Assembly: GCA_020137815.1 (NCBI GenBank)
Contig: CM035360.1
Coordinates: forward strand, 5,580,001 to 5,644,000
Direction of reading: 5' to 3'
DNA from: Hormiphora californensis
Taxonomy: Eukaryota; Animalia; Ctenophora
Length of the DNA stretch: 64,000 nucleotides
Below the pieces are notes generated by a model. That model ran no database searches, was not told the DNA's origin, and saw only the letters and a program-made list of their open reading frames with translations. A program made the position numbers and the translations under genes. Position 1 is the first letter of the stretch, and each line of letters begins with the position of its first letter. Positions 23,466 to 35,080 of this stretch are shown here, piece after piece.

Positions 23466-26400
23466 ATGGACTCGGACGTTGAAGGGGATGATATACGAAG
23501 TAGATATGAGGCTCTCAAAGGCGAGAACACTCATCTGCAAGGTCAGCCAGTAACTTGACTATCATTGACTTGTTCAGACCTTTGTATCTTGAAAATTCTA
23601 GTGCATGTATATCATGGTAACCCCCATGGTAACCCTGGTGTATCCCCATGGTGACCCTGGTGTATCCCCATGGTAACCCTAGTGTGTCCCATGCATGGTA
23701 ACCCTGGTGTGTCCCCATGGTAACCCTGATGTGTCCCCATGGTAACCCTGGTGTATCCCCATGGTAACCCTGGTGTGTCCCCATGGTAACCCTGGTGTGT
23801 CCCCATGGTAACCCTGGTATGTCTTGCCTAGCTAGACTGTGTTTCACGCGCCCCGCCCTTCTTTACAAATGTAAAGGAGGGTTAGAACATAACAAGGTGT
23901 GTCCCCATGGTAACCCTGGTGTGTCCCCATGGTAACCCTGATGTTTCCTACAGTTGATAACGGAATGTTGAGAATGAAGGTGAAGAACCTGGAGGAACAG
24001 GTTGAAAAACTGAGAAGAGCATCCGTCAATATACAGGCACAGGTAGCTCTATCCATCTGTTTCTATCTCTCTCTCTCCCTCTCTTTCTCTATCTTTATTC
24101 TCGTATTTCTCTGATCTCTCCTTCTTACGGCGTCTAGAATTGACGGACGCAGTGAGTTCTCACATCCCAAAATCATCCCCCCCCCACCCCAGGCGGAGCA
24201 AGAGGAGGAGTTCATTTCCAACACGCTAATGAAGACCATAACTAAGCTGAAGAAGGACAAGGAACAGCTTGCTAAGGAGTACGAGCAGGAGGAGGAGAGT
24301 CTAACGAATGATCTATCTCGCAAACTTATGCAGGTATACCATCATATCATATCCTCTTGTTCCAACCTAATTTATTGCTTTTTGGGAGAATTTTGGAAAC
24401 ATATGATTTTGAAAATAGTTTCATAAATTATTACTTGCTCACGCATCAAAACTTTCCTCCAAAATCATTTTAAAATAATTATTTTCCAGTGTTCTAAGTG
24501 TCTAAAACACATACTGCAGTACACACATCAAATAATGGTAAAACAGTTTATCCTGCAGGCTGCAACGTTCCTCCCCCTAACGCCTCATCACTTCCCTAAA
24601 GTTGCCTCTTAGCCAGAGAGAAGGGTCTCTTGTGTGAACAGGGCCACCTTGAGCTCACGATCACCCGCCAATGATTCCTTGCCACAGTTGCTAGTGTCCC
24701 ATCATTTAGTATCATCTCTTTAATGCTTCCGCGTTCTCTTTTCCATCCTCAAATGCAATTACTTTCATCACTTATTTACCCTCGTTGTCAATTGCCTTCA
24801 TTAATTTACAGCTAGTTTCTGCACCGGTGTTCAACTCAACAGCTTCCGCCAGCAAAGACAGGGTGTCCGCTTTACATAAATTAAAGTTGAAGTTTTCCAG
24901 CCAGTAATTAAGTGGAATGAATTGAAGTAAAGTGAAGAGATTGTTGTGTGATCTGATCCACAATATCATATTCTACCGCCATCGCCATGGCTAGATCCAA
25001 ATGAGACAGCTTTGCGTTGTCTCCTAGTAACCGAGACAACCGGACTATAAGCTTAGCTTTGTTTCCTGGGACACTTGAAAGAAGGTGGTCCAAAAAGCGT
25101 CTGTCCGAGTATTTAACTGCCAGGTCCAGTGCGAGAATAGCGTAGTTCCAGTAGGCATCAAAATCGTCACATGGCTTAGGGAGGTTTCTTTTGTAGAACT
25201 GAAGACATCCATTTCCTTGCCCAATCTATTTTGAAGACAGCAACCATTTTCAAAAAGTCACTGAAAACTTTAAACTCGGTGGTGTCGAATAGCATTTCCA
25301 AGGTCCCTGTATAACACACATCAGCAAAAGTTTTAACGGATTGGGACTCGAAGTCTGACACATCATGATCAAGCTCTCCGTCTGTCTCAATGATATTTTT
25401 TAGAACCGGTGAGTTGAATGCCAGAACGAGGGAGTTTAGAGACATTTCAGTCTTGTCCTGTAGGGAAAAACGTAACGTTCCCATGGACAGGAAGAGCTAA
25501 ATTCTCCTTTCCGAAATCGAATCCTTTTGAATCTGGTTCCTCGCATAGAAATAACTCATCATGTATCAAAAATGTGACCACTGAATTTGTGCTAAAATCC
25601 TTTTCAAACACTATTTCCTGCCTCAAGGTTGCCTGATCTTGTTTCCACGGAATCTGGACCTCGCACTGTGATTATAACCGCTCCACTTGGAAGATTTGTC
25701 ACGAATTGGCCATTTGATTTGCGCTTCTTTACTACAAACCTTAGATCTTTATCCGTTTTTTGACCTTCTGCGATCCAAATCGAGTCGTTGGATTGGTGGC
25801 TGCTCATGATCTTCTTTGAACAACCAGAGGATACGAAATCATCCAGCATTCGATCGAAAATTACGAGATTAGATTTAGCTTGAGTTACAGTGGGTGGTCC
25901 GAGGTAGCTTTCATCAATCGTGATCTTAGCTTCAATCGTAAAGTTTTCGACTCTGGCCAGGTTTTCCAGGGACTCGCATTTAGGTTCTCCCCATCCTTCA
26001 AAATTAGTATTTGAAAACTTTTTTCTTGTAATATTGAGTGTCCTCTGCCCCAGTGGTAATGTTAGTAATGATGTATGATGACACGCACATCCACTCCTCT
26101 GTTGATTGTATAGGTTCACAGAAGAGATATACACCTATGTGTTGGGCATCTTTTTTCAAGTAAATCTCCAATGAACCTTGAAATACGTGGGTTCCACTGA
26201 ATGTGCCAATATGTGACAGTGAAGAAAACAGAAAGTCCGCTTTGAAAGTTATAGTAGTGGGTACCATGGTATACCTAGGGAAATACCAAATTAAGAAACA
26301 AGAACTCTATAATTTAAAAAACGTCGAGCGTGGTTAAAATGCATGCAGTTAGCGTTTCGTCATATCACGGCCCACGAGCTCTTATTGACCCGTATAGATA

Positions 26401-29400
26401 ATTTTTGGAAGAACCTCGATTTTGACCATCTCGAAGTGTAAATATCGCCTACTGTGGGCTTTAAAAACATACAAAATACACAAAAAGGTAAATAAATTAC
26501 TTGCGTTTGGTAAGAGGCAAGTGCAACGTAAATAATAAAGACTACACAGTTGTCTTAAAAATTGTTATCATTTACTTCGCTTCCTAAATATCAAATGACA
26601 CCTTAGCGGAACCCCTCCATTTTCTGACACATTTCTCCCCAAAAAGCTACGGAAAGAGAAACGAGAGTTGGAGGAGACCCTGGAGTCAGAACAGCTCTCC
26701 CAAGTAACCCATCTCCAGAAGAAGATCCTGAAGCTAGAGAGCGAGGTGGTCAGGAAACAGGAGGCCCTTATGGAGGTAAACTTTATTATAGTGTTTTGAG
26801 GATGATATATAATACGTTATTCAGTCGGACCCCGATTTACCGGGAGGATAAACTTCCCCGATTAGATATAGAAAATTTATAGTCTTTGACCCCGATATAC
26901 CGGACACCCCGATTTACTGGGTAAAGGTTAAAACCCTTTCCCCCGTACAACCCGGTAAATCGGGGTCCGACTGTAATAGGCTCGTATTTTTAGAAGGTCC
27001 TTGTTTATTGTTCGTACTCGTCCCGTAACAAATGAATTATGTCTATCGGAACACAGCCATGACATGTTTCCGCAACTGTGGAATATTATTATTATTATTA
27101 CACGGATTAAATATTGTTGCCGTCCCTTGTGTGTGTTATGTACTGTGTGTATTATCACGTCTAGCAAGTAGTGTCTCTAAAGAGAAGTGTACACGTTGAT
27201 GCATAATATAAAGCAACTGTTAGCCTATCATATTGATACACATTCACACACACACACATATTGACATAGTCCATGAATTTAGCATTTCTTGGTGTATTCC
27301 AGTCTTACATTTTATGTGGGTATTCATTGTGGGACCTCCCCCCCCCCACGTCACACACACAAACTGTCCTACTAACAAACCACACCCCAGTTGAGAAAAG
27401 AGAAGATTGATCTTGAGAACCACCTTGAGGCAGAGCAGGAACAATTTGTTAACAAACTACGCAAGAAAATGGAACAGCTTGAACATGAAAAAAGGTAGAA
27501 AATGTGATCTTGTGAGATATAACTCTACATAAGAGATGTGATCTTTTGAGACATTTATCTCAAAAGTTTCAAGCTGATGAAACTACAAATTTCATGATTC
27601 AGCAATATATCTTATACCTCTCACGGCTCACCCCTATTTCATGATTCAGCAATATATCTTATACCTCTCACGGCTCACCCCTATTTCATGATTCAGCAAT
27701 ATATCGTATACCTCTCTCTCACCCTTATTTTCAGTGTTCTGATAGCTAAGATGGGTCAGGACAGCACTCCACCTGCTTCACCATGTCATTCAGGTAATAC
27801 TGCCTTCCTTTCTCTCGCCTTTCTACAGCTGTAGTTTCTCGGTTACTGCCTCCCTTTCTACAGTAGTTTCTGGGTTTATATGAGAGGAAGAGAGATCCCG
27901 AATTATAATCATATGAAACCCGATAGCTAATTTAACAGTCGTTTGAACATTTTGCACGCTCATGATAACTGCTAGCTGGGAGATTTAACACCCTCCTCGC
28001 AGTTTGACAGTCCAGTTCCCTTTTTCACGCGTTTCTCTACATTTGAATAACATGCGTGTAAAATTCTAAGTATTGAAAATGTGTGTAAACACACAGTTCT
28101 GTCAACAAAAGAAAGGGGAAACATGTCTGCAACACGTTTCAATGTTATCTCTCTCATAAGGAGTGAAAAGAATCACAATCCATTCGTTTCTCTCTCTCAT
28201 TGTCTCTTTTACTGTTCACTACTTCTGACAGTGTGTATTGCCCCCAATCTTGCTCTCTCTTTCTCAAACATGTTAGGAACAGTAGACACTAAGTCTACAC
28301 ACATTTTCACGGTGTCTGTTGACTAATTGCCAGCAGTCCTAGTGTGTTTCACCTTGTGTTGTGTCTCTTATTTGTGTGTAATTACTATCGGGTTTCATAA
28401 AATATGAACGTTTGTTAGCCTATCGCGTTATAGGTTTAAATCACCTCCCCCTCACCCTCGGCTGGCGCCTCGGGATCGGCGTCGGGATTTAAACCAGTTT
28501 AATCGCCCTGCCGGGCGATTAAACTCCAGTTGGCTGTCCCCAGCTCGCGCTGGGAACAGCCAACTTGATAACGCGCCAGTCTACAAACGTTCATACTTCA
28601 TTTATTCACCACCCCCCTCTCAGGAAGCGTGGCGGGTAAACCAGAGGACCTGAGGTCCAGTAACACAGAGTTAGTGGAGCGTGTAAAGGAGCTCCAAAAC
28701 GAGGTTCAGAGGCTTAACAGAGAGCTACGTCTTAGCAATGGCCGGAAACGCTGGGGGTATGTGTATTGTGTAGTGATAGTTTTATATCGTACATGTAGGA
28801 GATCTAACTTATCCGTTATCGTATTGTAGGGGATCGTTCAGGGATTATTAAAATACTTCCTAAACCTCTAGAATATATTGTCTTTCTGCAGATAGTGAAG
28901 CTAGCAACATGAGTGTAGAAGAGTGCCGGCTGAGGGAAGAGAATATCAAGTTGGCTCGACAGTTGTATTGGGAGAGGGAGCAGCGGCTCAAATTGAGCAA
29001 AGTCCTCTCTGAGAGTAACAGCAGTCTGGAAATGGACGAAGAAAGGTGAGTGTCTCTCTACCTGAATCTCACGAGACAGTTCGAACAATTCAACATCCCA
29101 TGCCGGGTTCTTCTCACTAACTGACAGCCGTTCGTTGTCGCCCGAGGGGGTCCCCGATATATTTGTATGTGTGTGCGTAAGGGTGTCACGTGACAGGTCG
29201 AAATGGTGTAAATCAGTGGAAAGTATCCCATTCTTGGCGCGAGCGCGCGTAGGACCAGATGAACGCGCGCAATATACCCAAACCCACGCTGTCCCTGATA
29301 AAATCAGAGGTTTTATCCACATCAACTAAAATTCAAATGATTCGAATGATTCAAATTGAATTCAAATGATTATATTGAAACAGTATTGAGCTAACTTGAC

Positions 29401-30073
29401 AGGTTTTATTATCCCTCTCCCAGGCACCTGAACGAGCAACTATCACAAGGAGTTAACCCTCTGACTCTTGCATCTCCCGGGGGGTCCTACTGTCTACCCC
29501 TTGGTGCGAGAAGTCCCTCTCCAGCGTTCAGACAACAACATCACGTAAGTTAGTTCCCCTTTTTGTTAAGACTTGATAAGAGTGTTTGAATTTAAAATCA
29601 TGTTTGTTGGATGGAAATTAATGTACCACAAACTAATCAAAACCCCTCTTTTCCTGGAAACCCGTTGTAGGATTGAGCATCAAATTCTGCGAGAGAGAGA
29701 GAAAGAGTGATATGTGAGTGAAGTGTGCACGCACCAGCGAATGCCCTTTCTCTCTGATCTTGTATTACATCTTGCCATCTGATTATTGTACTTTTTATCT
29801 GCACTTTGTTAACCAAAACTTCTGGGGCTTAAGCGCTGTGCTGTGAAATTAACCCCCTAAAATAACCCTGTCTTGCGGCGCCAGACTCCAATTTGACGAC
29901 AGTGCGCTCATATAGGGTCGACGGCGCCAGACAGAAATAACCCTTCTTTCCCTCCCAAAGTATTTATTATTTACTCCTCACCCCAGATTGCAAGAGTGAG
30001 GCATCTTTCGGAGGGAAGTGGACACAGCAGCAGTCGCTCACGAACCATGTCCTTGCAGAACAACAACACCTGA
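23466..30073 (+). CDS. CCDC6: Coiled-coil domain-containing protein 6 (DUF2046), ~10 exons; start codon uncertain
   Basis: Exons read [11 protein letters not shown]|[47 protein letters not shown]|LRKEK..|[60 protein letters not shown]. Confidence 0.9.
23613..23945 (+). repeat. 22-bp minisatellite (CCCCATGGTAACCCTGGTGTGT), ~12-13 copies, interrupted at 23823-23895
   Basis: Directly visible array in a CCDC6 intron, ending ~10 bp before the acceptor. Confidence 0.95.
24772..26267 (-). pseudogene. Nested antisense intronless MATH-like + BTB gene with multiple frameshifts
   Basis: MATH-like segment [36 protein letters not shown]-like segment [49 protein letters not shown]. It lies in the CCDC6 intron 24334-26646. 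Confidence 0.7.
26822..26973. mobile_element. MITE family CAGTCGGACCCCGATTTA...TAAATCGGGGTCCGACTG
   Basis: Terminal inverted repeats are present. The family also occurs at 41892-41958, 53462-53560 and 54373-55218, with fragments at ~40-90, 17000-17035 and 22497-22532. Confidence 0.85.
27911..28597. mobile_element. Compound hairpin-rich non-autonomous element in a CCDC6 intron
   Basis: Inverted pairs TATGAAACCCGATAG/CTATCGGGTTTCATA and TATGAACGTTTGT/ACAAACGTTCATA. Internal hairpins include GTTTAATCGCCC..GGGCGATTAAAC and AGTTGGCTGT..ACAGCCAACT. Confidence 0.5.
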
Positions 30074-30095
30074 AGACCGGGAAATGGTGGCTACT

Positions 30096-30217
<122 letters not shown>

Positions 30218-30639
30218 TGGAGCAGACGGAATTTGTCTGAGCTCTCTAAGACTGGGAGTCAATTCGCGGGTTGGTCAAATAAAAAAGAATAAGAGATTCT
30301 TCTATTTATTATCAAAGACGGTGTGTTGATATTTGTGTCTGTCTATAATAATATGTGTGTGTGAGACTGTGAGGGTGGGAAGAATAATGTAAAGCCGAGA
30401 GAGGAGAGAAGAGGTATGCATTTGGGTGAACTTGTAACTTGATTAAAGATTTATAGTACCTAAAATACTGCAACTATTTTTTGTATCCTTTTGTAAGTGA
30501 AAATCCGATCTTTGACAGTATCGCGCGATGCTCCCACCAGTTAGCGATGTACCTGTGGCGCGCATAATTTCCCCTGTGCGCGCTCAGTCATTTGAAAATT
30601 TTGCGTTCAGAAGCTTCCGAATTTTTCAAACGATTTTCG

Positions 30640-30791
30640 ATGAGGCCCCTCGGAAATGTTCAAGTCATGCACAATCAAGTCACGCCCACCAATCACAGCT
30701 CAGAACGCGCGGAGTGCTTCGCGCGTTCTGCGCTGTGATTGGTGGGCGTGACTTGATTGTGCATGACTTGAACATTTCCGAGGGGCCTCAT
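30640..30791. mobile_element. ~150-bp near-perfect palindromic insertion followed by a short tail and poly(A)
   Basis: Arms are ATGAGGCCCCTCGGAAATGTTCAAGTCATGC and GCATGACTTGAACATTTCCGAGGGGCCTCAT. It is absent from duplicate copy 2. Confidence 0.85.
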
Positions 30792-32147
30792 TTTTAGTGA
30801 ATTTTCAAAAAAAAAAAAAAAATTTTCGATTTTTAAAATCAAAATTGAAAATCTCACAAACAGCCCTCCGTTAGGCGTTATTCCCGGGTTTTAAGGGTAT
30901 CAGTCAGCGCAAACATGGTGGTGCGGTCATACAATCCTTTCGGAATCCCCAAGCAATTGCACACACTCGGGTTTTGTGAAAATTCCACTCTTTGAATTTT
31001 GATGATCAGAATTTCAAGTCACTATCTCATTAGGGGGTGGAGCAATGACCGTGGGAAATTTCACAAAACCCAAGGGAGGGAGGGCTATTCTTGCTAGGGG
31101 TTTCCTGCTGGGAACCAAACGGTTGTTGGTACACCCACCAAGCAGTGAAATATTTATTAAGAATCTAACGCTCATTTACGAGCTGGTACCTTGTGTGCGT
31201 CAGGGTTACAGTTTTTGATGAAGTCGTATAATTGGTAGTTAAATAAACCTCTTCTCCCAGGATGGAGCAATGGCGTGTCTGTGGACTAAGAGATATCGAG
31301 AACTTGCGCTTGCGTCTGCTTGGACAACATGTGGTTGCAAATAATCAAGATGGAAATCCCACGACCGAATCTCAGCCTGTTACCGAATCTCAGCCTTCTG
31401 ACCGTAGCAATGATTGCCCAGAAGAAACACCGGTTGTTGTTGTTGTACCGACAGATAAGGAAGTTTGTAGTCCAACGGCCAGTGAACCAGTATCACAAGC
31501 CACAGAAAAACCATACTATACCCCTCCCTCCACCCCAGTACACACGTGCCCGGAACCTCAGAATAATAAACACCCGAAAATCAGAATTCCATAGCGAAAG
31601 ACGGTAATTTAGGTGATACAAAGACACCGAATTGAACTTTCGATCTGCAAAACAGTTTCTTTCCTATCTGAGATACTTTTGGTAAGGTGAACTTTGGTCC
31701 GATAGAACATTATATTAATCTGTAACTGTATACCCAACTATTTTAATTCTTTTATCAAAACTTTAAATTATTATTAAATTCATTAATCCCATTACGTAGA
31801 ACTTATGCAAAGGTGTGTTGATATTTGTGTCTGTCTATAATATGTGTGTGTGAGGGTGGGAAGAATAATGCAAAGCCGAGAGAGCAGAGAAAAGGTATGC
31901 ATTTGGGTGAACTTGTAACTTGATTAAAGATTTATAGTACCTAAAATACTGCAACTATTTTTTGTATCCTTTTATAAGTGAAAATCCAATCTTCGACAGT
32001 ATCGCGCGATGCTTCAGCCAGTTAGTGATGTACCTGTGGCGCGCATAATTTTCCCTTGTGCGCGCGCTCAGTCGTTTGAAAATTTCGCGTTCAGAGATAA
32101 CTCCAGCAGTGGTGAAAGACCTAAAGGAGAAACACCCAGAGGCAGCT

Positions 32148-32211
32148 TTGGCATGCGCTGCAGACCCCAAGTGCGCGCGTTTTCCACGGCTTCTAGGGAA
32201 GCATAGGCCAA
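32148..32211. mobile_element. 64-bp micro-insertion with 9-bp TSD (GAGGCAGCT) and short TIR TTGGC..GCCAA
   Basis: Direct repeats at 32139-32147 and 32212-32220. Removing it restores KHPEAAPLNPDHV..GGAGPSGMSD in frame. Confidence 0.8.
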
Positions 32212-32352
32212 GAGGCAGCTCCTCTAAACCCTGACCACGTCATTTCTACCGACGAACCCCCTTCTTTTGAGCCTGCCATATTTTTCAATCTTAATGCTGA
32301 CAGCATCAAACGAGCTGCAGCAGCCACGAAAGGCGGTGCTGGACCCAGTGGG

Positions 32353-34518
32353 ATGTCAGACCATCTATGGGCCCGTATGTTGTGCAGTAAATCATTCGGA
32401 AAATCATCGGAGTCCCTTGCCCATGAAGTGGCTCTGATGACTAGAAGACTGTGTACAGTGTACGTTGACCCTATCTCGCTGAGTGCACTACTATCGTGCA
32501 AACTGATCGCTCTAGACAAGAATCCAGGTGTCCGTCCTATTGGTGTAGGTGAGGTTCTACGCCGGATTATTGGCCGTTCTGTTTCCCAACACCTGAAACC
32601 AGAAATCATCCAAGCTGCTGGCCCTCTTCAGCTCGCTGCTGGCCAACAGGGTGGAGCCGAAGCGGCGGTGCACTCAATGAGAGCTTTCTTTGACGATGAG
32701 AACGCAGAGGCGGTACTATTGGCTGATGCTCGTAATGCCTTCAATGTTCTGAATCGTCGGAATGCATTGGTGAACATTCAGTATCTTTGTCCTGCTCTTT
32801 CTATCTTCGCCATAAACCTCTACCGCTCTCCTGTCCGTCTTTACCTCTCCGATGGCTCTTTCATCCTGTCATCTGAGGGAACCACCCAAGGCTGCAACAT
32901 CGCCTCTCCCCTTTATTGTATAAGTCTTCGACCTTTGGTGGATAAACTTTCAACCACTTCCCCAAATCAAATTTTCTATGCTGACGATGGAGCAGCTGTT
33001 GGCTCCCTTCTCGGTGTTAGGGAATGGTGGGACTCCCTTGTTGCAAATGGTCCTGGCTATGGCTACTTTCCCCGTCCTGATAAATCAGTGTTGATCGTAA
33101 AACCCGAACATATGGAGGAGGCCAAAACGGTTTTCAATGACACTGACGTCATCATCAAATCAGACGGTCATCGCTATCTTGGGGCACCTTTAGGAACAAC
33201 AGAATATCAGCAAATGTATGTCTCCAAGAAAATTGAGGAATGGGTCTCAGATATACAGAACATCTCCAAAATTGCTGAAACAGAGCCTCACGCGGCTTAT
33301 TCGGGTTACTGCATGGGTCTATCAAAACGTTGGCTTTTTCTCATGCGAACAACACCCAACACAGCCGAGCTCTTTGCCCCCTTGGAATCAGCCATAACCT
33401 CCTTGTTGCTACCTTCTATCCTACGCAACCACTTCAGCCCATTACACCGAGAGCTCTTTTCCCTCCCATGCAGACAGGGTGGCCTTGGAATAAACAACCC
33501 CTGTGAGATCGCCGAACTTGAGCACCAACGATCTCTTGTCGCAACTGCACCGCTCTCTCAAATCATCACCGAACAGAAAACAAATATTGACGATGAGAGA
33601 GCAGTGCTAGTTGCCAAGAGATTGAAGGCTGCCAAACAGGAGGTCCTACACTCTAAGCTTGAGGTGCAGAAGAAACGCCTTGCCGAGGTTGCCGAGAAAC
33701 TAACACCATCTCAACGGCGGCTTCATGAAGAGCTATGTAGGCGAGGTTCCTCAACCTGGCTAACCACTCTACCGTTGGAGGAACACGGTTTTGTCCTGAA
33801 CAAATTAGAGTTTAGAGACGCTCTGTCTCTGAGATATGACCTTCCTCTCCACGAATTCCCCAACCACTGTGCATGTGGCAAACTAAACTCGATCGAACAC
33901 AGTCTTAGCTGCTCTCGTGGAGGTTATGTCAACCTTAGACACAATCAGATGCGTGATCTCACTGCGAACCTCTTAGCTGAGGCTGGGTGTGGGGATGTTG
34001 TGATCGAACCTCACCTTCTTCCACTAACTGGAGAGGAGTTCAAATACCGTTCCGCCATCACCACCGAAGAGGCTCGATTAGATGTCTCAGCACGTGACCT
34101 CTGGTCTCCTATGGCAAAGCTATTCCTTGATTTCCGCGTCTTTAACTCTCGAGCCCCCACCAATCAATCTCTTCCTATTACCAAGGCTCTCAAGAAACAC
34201 GAGGATGAGAAGAAGCGAGCATATGGTGAACGTGTCTTGCAGGTCGAAAAAAGTTCCTTCACACCGGTTGTCTTCTCGACATCAGGAATTATGGGCGATG
34301 AAGCAGACAAGTTCTATAAGAAGCTTGCTTCTAAACTTTCCGATAAAACGAAACAATCCTATCCCGACTCTATCCGGTACATTAGGCAACGATTATCATT
34401 CTGCCTCTTGAGGACACTTGTGATCAGTCTAAGGGGTCACCGTGGCACTAGCCCAAAACGGTTCAGCGACAGGAATGATATTAACATTTTATACATGATT
34501 AAAAACAATTCGAATTAA
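32353..34518 (+). CDS. Reverse transcriptase + CCHC finger + restriction-like endonuclease of the CRE element
   Basis: RT motifs GVRPIGVGEVLRRI, LADARNAFN, GTTQG, YADD and YLG. The C-terminus has CACG..EHSLSC..RHN and RLDV..FLDFRV..KKR.Y (RLE). The frame extends upstream to ~32097 once the 64-bp insert is removed. Confidence 0.93.
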   Translation: MSDHLWARMLCSKSFGKSSESLAHEVALMTRRLCTVYVDPISLSALLSCKLIALDKNPGVRPIGVGEVLRRIIGRSVSQHLKPEIIQAAGPLQLAAGQQGGAEAAVHSMRAFFDDENAEAVLLADARNAFNVLNRRNALVNIQYLCPALSIFAINLYRSPVRLYLSDGSFILSSEGTTQGCNIASPLYCISLRPLVDKLSTTSPNQIFYADDGAAVGSLLGVREWWDSLVANGPGYGYFPRPDKSVLIVKPEHMEEAKTVFNDTDVIIKSDGHRYLGAPLGTTEYQQMYVSKKIEEWVSDIQNISKIAETEPHAAYSGYCMGLSKRWLFLMRTTPNTAELFAPLESAITSLLLPSILRNHFSPLHRELFSLPCRQGGLGINNPCEIAELEHQRSLVATAPLSQIITEQKTNIDDERAVLVAKRLKAAKQEVLHSKLEVQKKRLAEVAEKLTPSQRRLHEELCRRGSSTWLTTLPLEEHGFVLNKLEFRDALSLRYDLPLHEFPNHCACGKLNSIEHSLSCSRGGYVNLRHNQMRDLTANLLAEAGCGDVVIEPHLLPLTGEEFKYRSAITTEEARLDVSARDLWSPMAKLFLDFRVFNSRAPTNQSLPITKALKKHEDEKKRAYGERVLQVEKSSFTPVVFSTSGIMGDEADKFYKKLASKLSDKTKQSYPDSIRYIRQRLSFCLLRTLVISLRGHRGTSPKRFSDRNDINILYMIKNNSN

Positions 34519-35080
34519 TTTATTATATCCATTTTATGTACAGATAACCTTGATTTCTATATCCATTTTACTAATTGAACCGGTACCCCGGCTTTTGCAA
34601 AAAAAAAAAAAAAACGTTCAGAAGCTTCCGAATTTTTCAAACGATTTTCGATTTTTAAAAATCAAAATCTCACAAACAGCCCTCCGTTAGGCGTTATTCC
34701 CGGGTTTTAAGGTTATCAGTCAGCGCAAACATGGTGGTGCGGTCATACAATCCTTTCGGAATCCCCAAGCAATTGCCCACACTCGAGTTTTGCGAAAATT
34801 CCACCCTTTGAATTTTGATGATCAGAATTTCAAGTCACTATCTCATTAGTCATTAGGGGGTGGAGCAATGACCGTGGGAAATTTCACAAAACCCAAGGGA
34901 GGGCTATTCTTGCTAGGGGTTTCCTGCTGGGAACCAAACGGTTGTTGGTACACCCACCAAGCAGTGAAATATTTATTAAGAATCTAACGCTCATTTACGA
35001 GCTGGTACCTTGTGTGCGTCAGGATTACAGTTTTTGATGAAGTCGTATAATTGGTAGTTAAAGAAAACTCTTCTCCCAGG

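Larger units (their letters stand above)
32096..34614 (+). mobile_element. 5'-truncated CRE-clade non-LTR retrotransposon with poly(A) tail and 8-bp TSD CGTTCAGA
   Basis: TSD copies at 32088-32095 and 34615-34622; the empty site is visible at 30604-30611. A16 tail at 34599-34614. Confidence 0.92.

Noticed and set aside
23613-23945. CRISPR-like appearance of the short repeat arrays
   Set aside because: These are head-to-tail repeats without unique spacers, in eukaryotic introns, with no cas genes.
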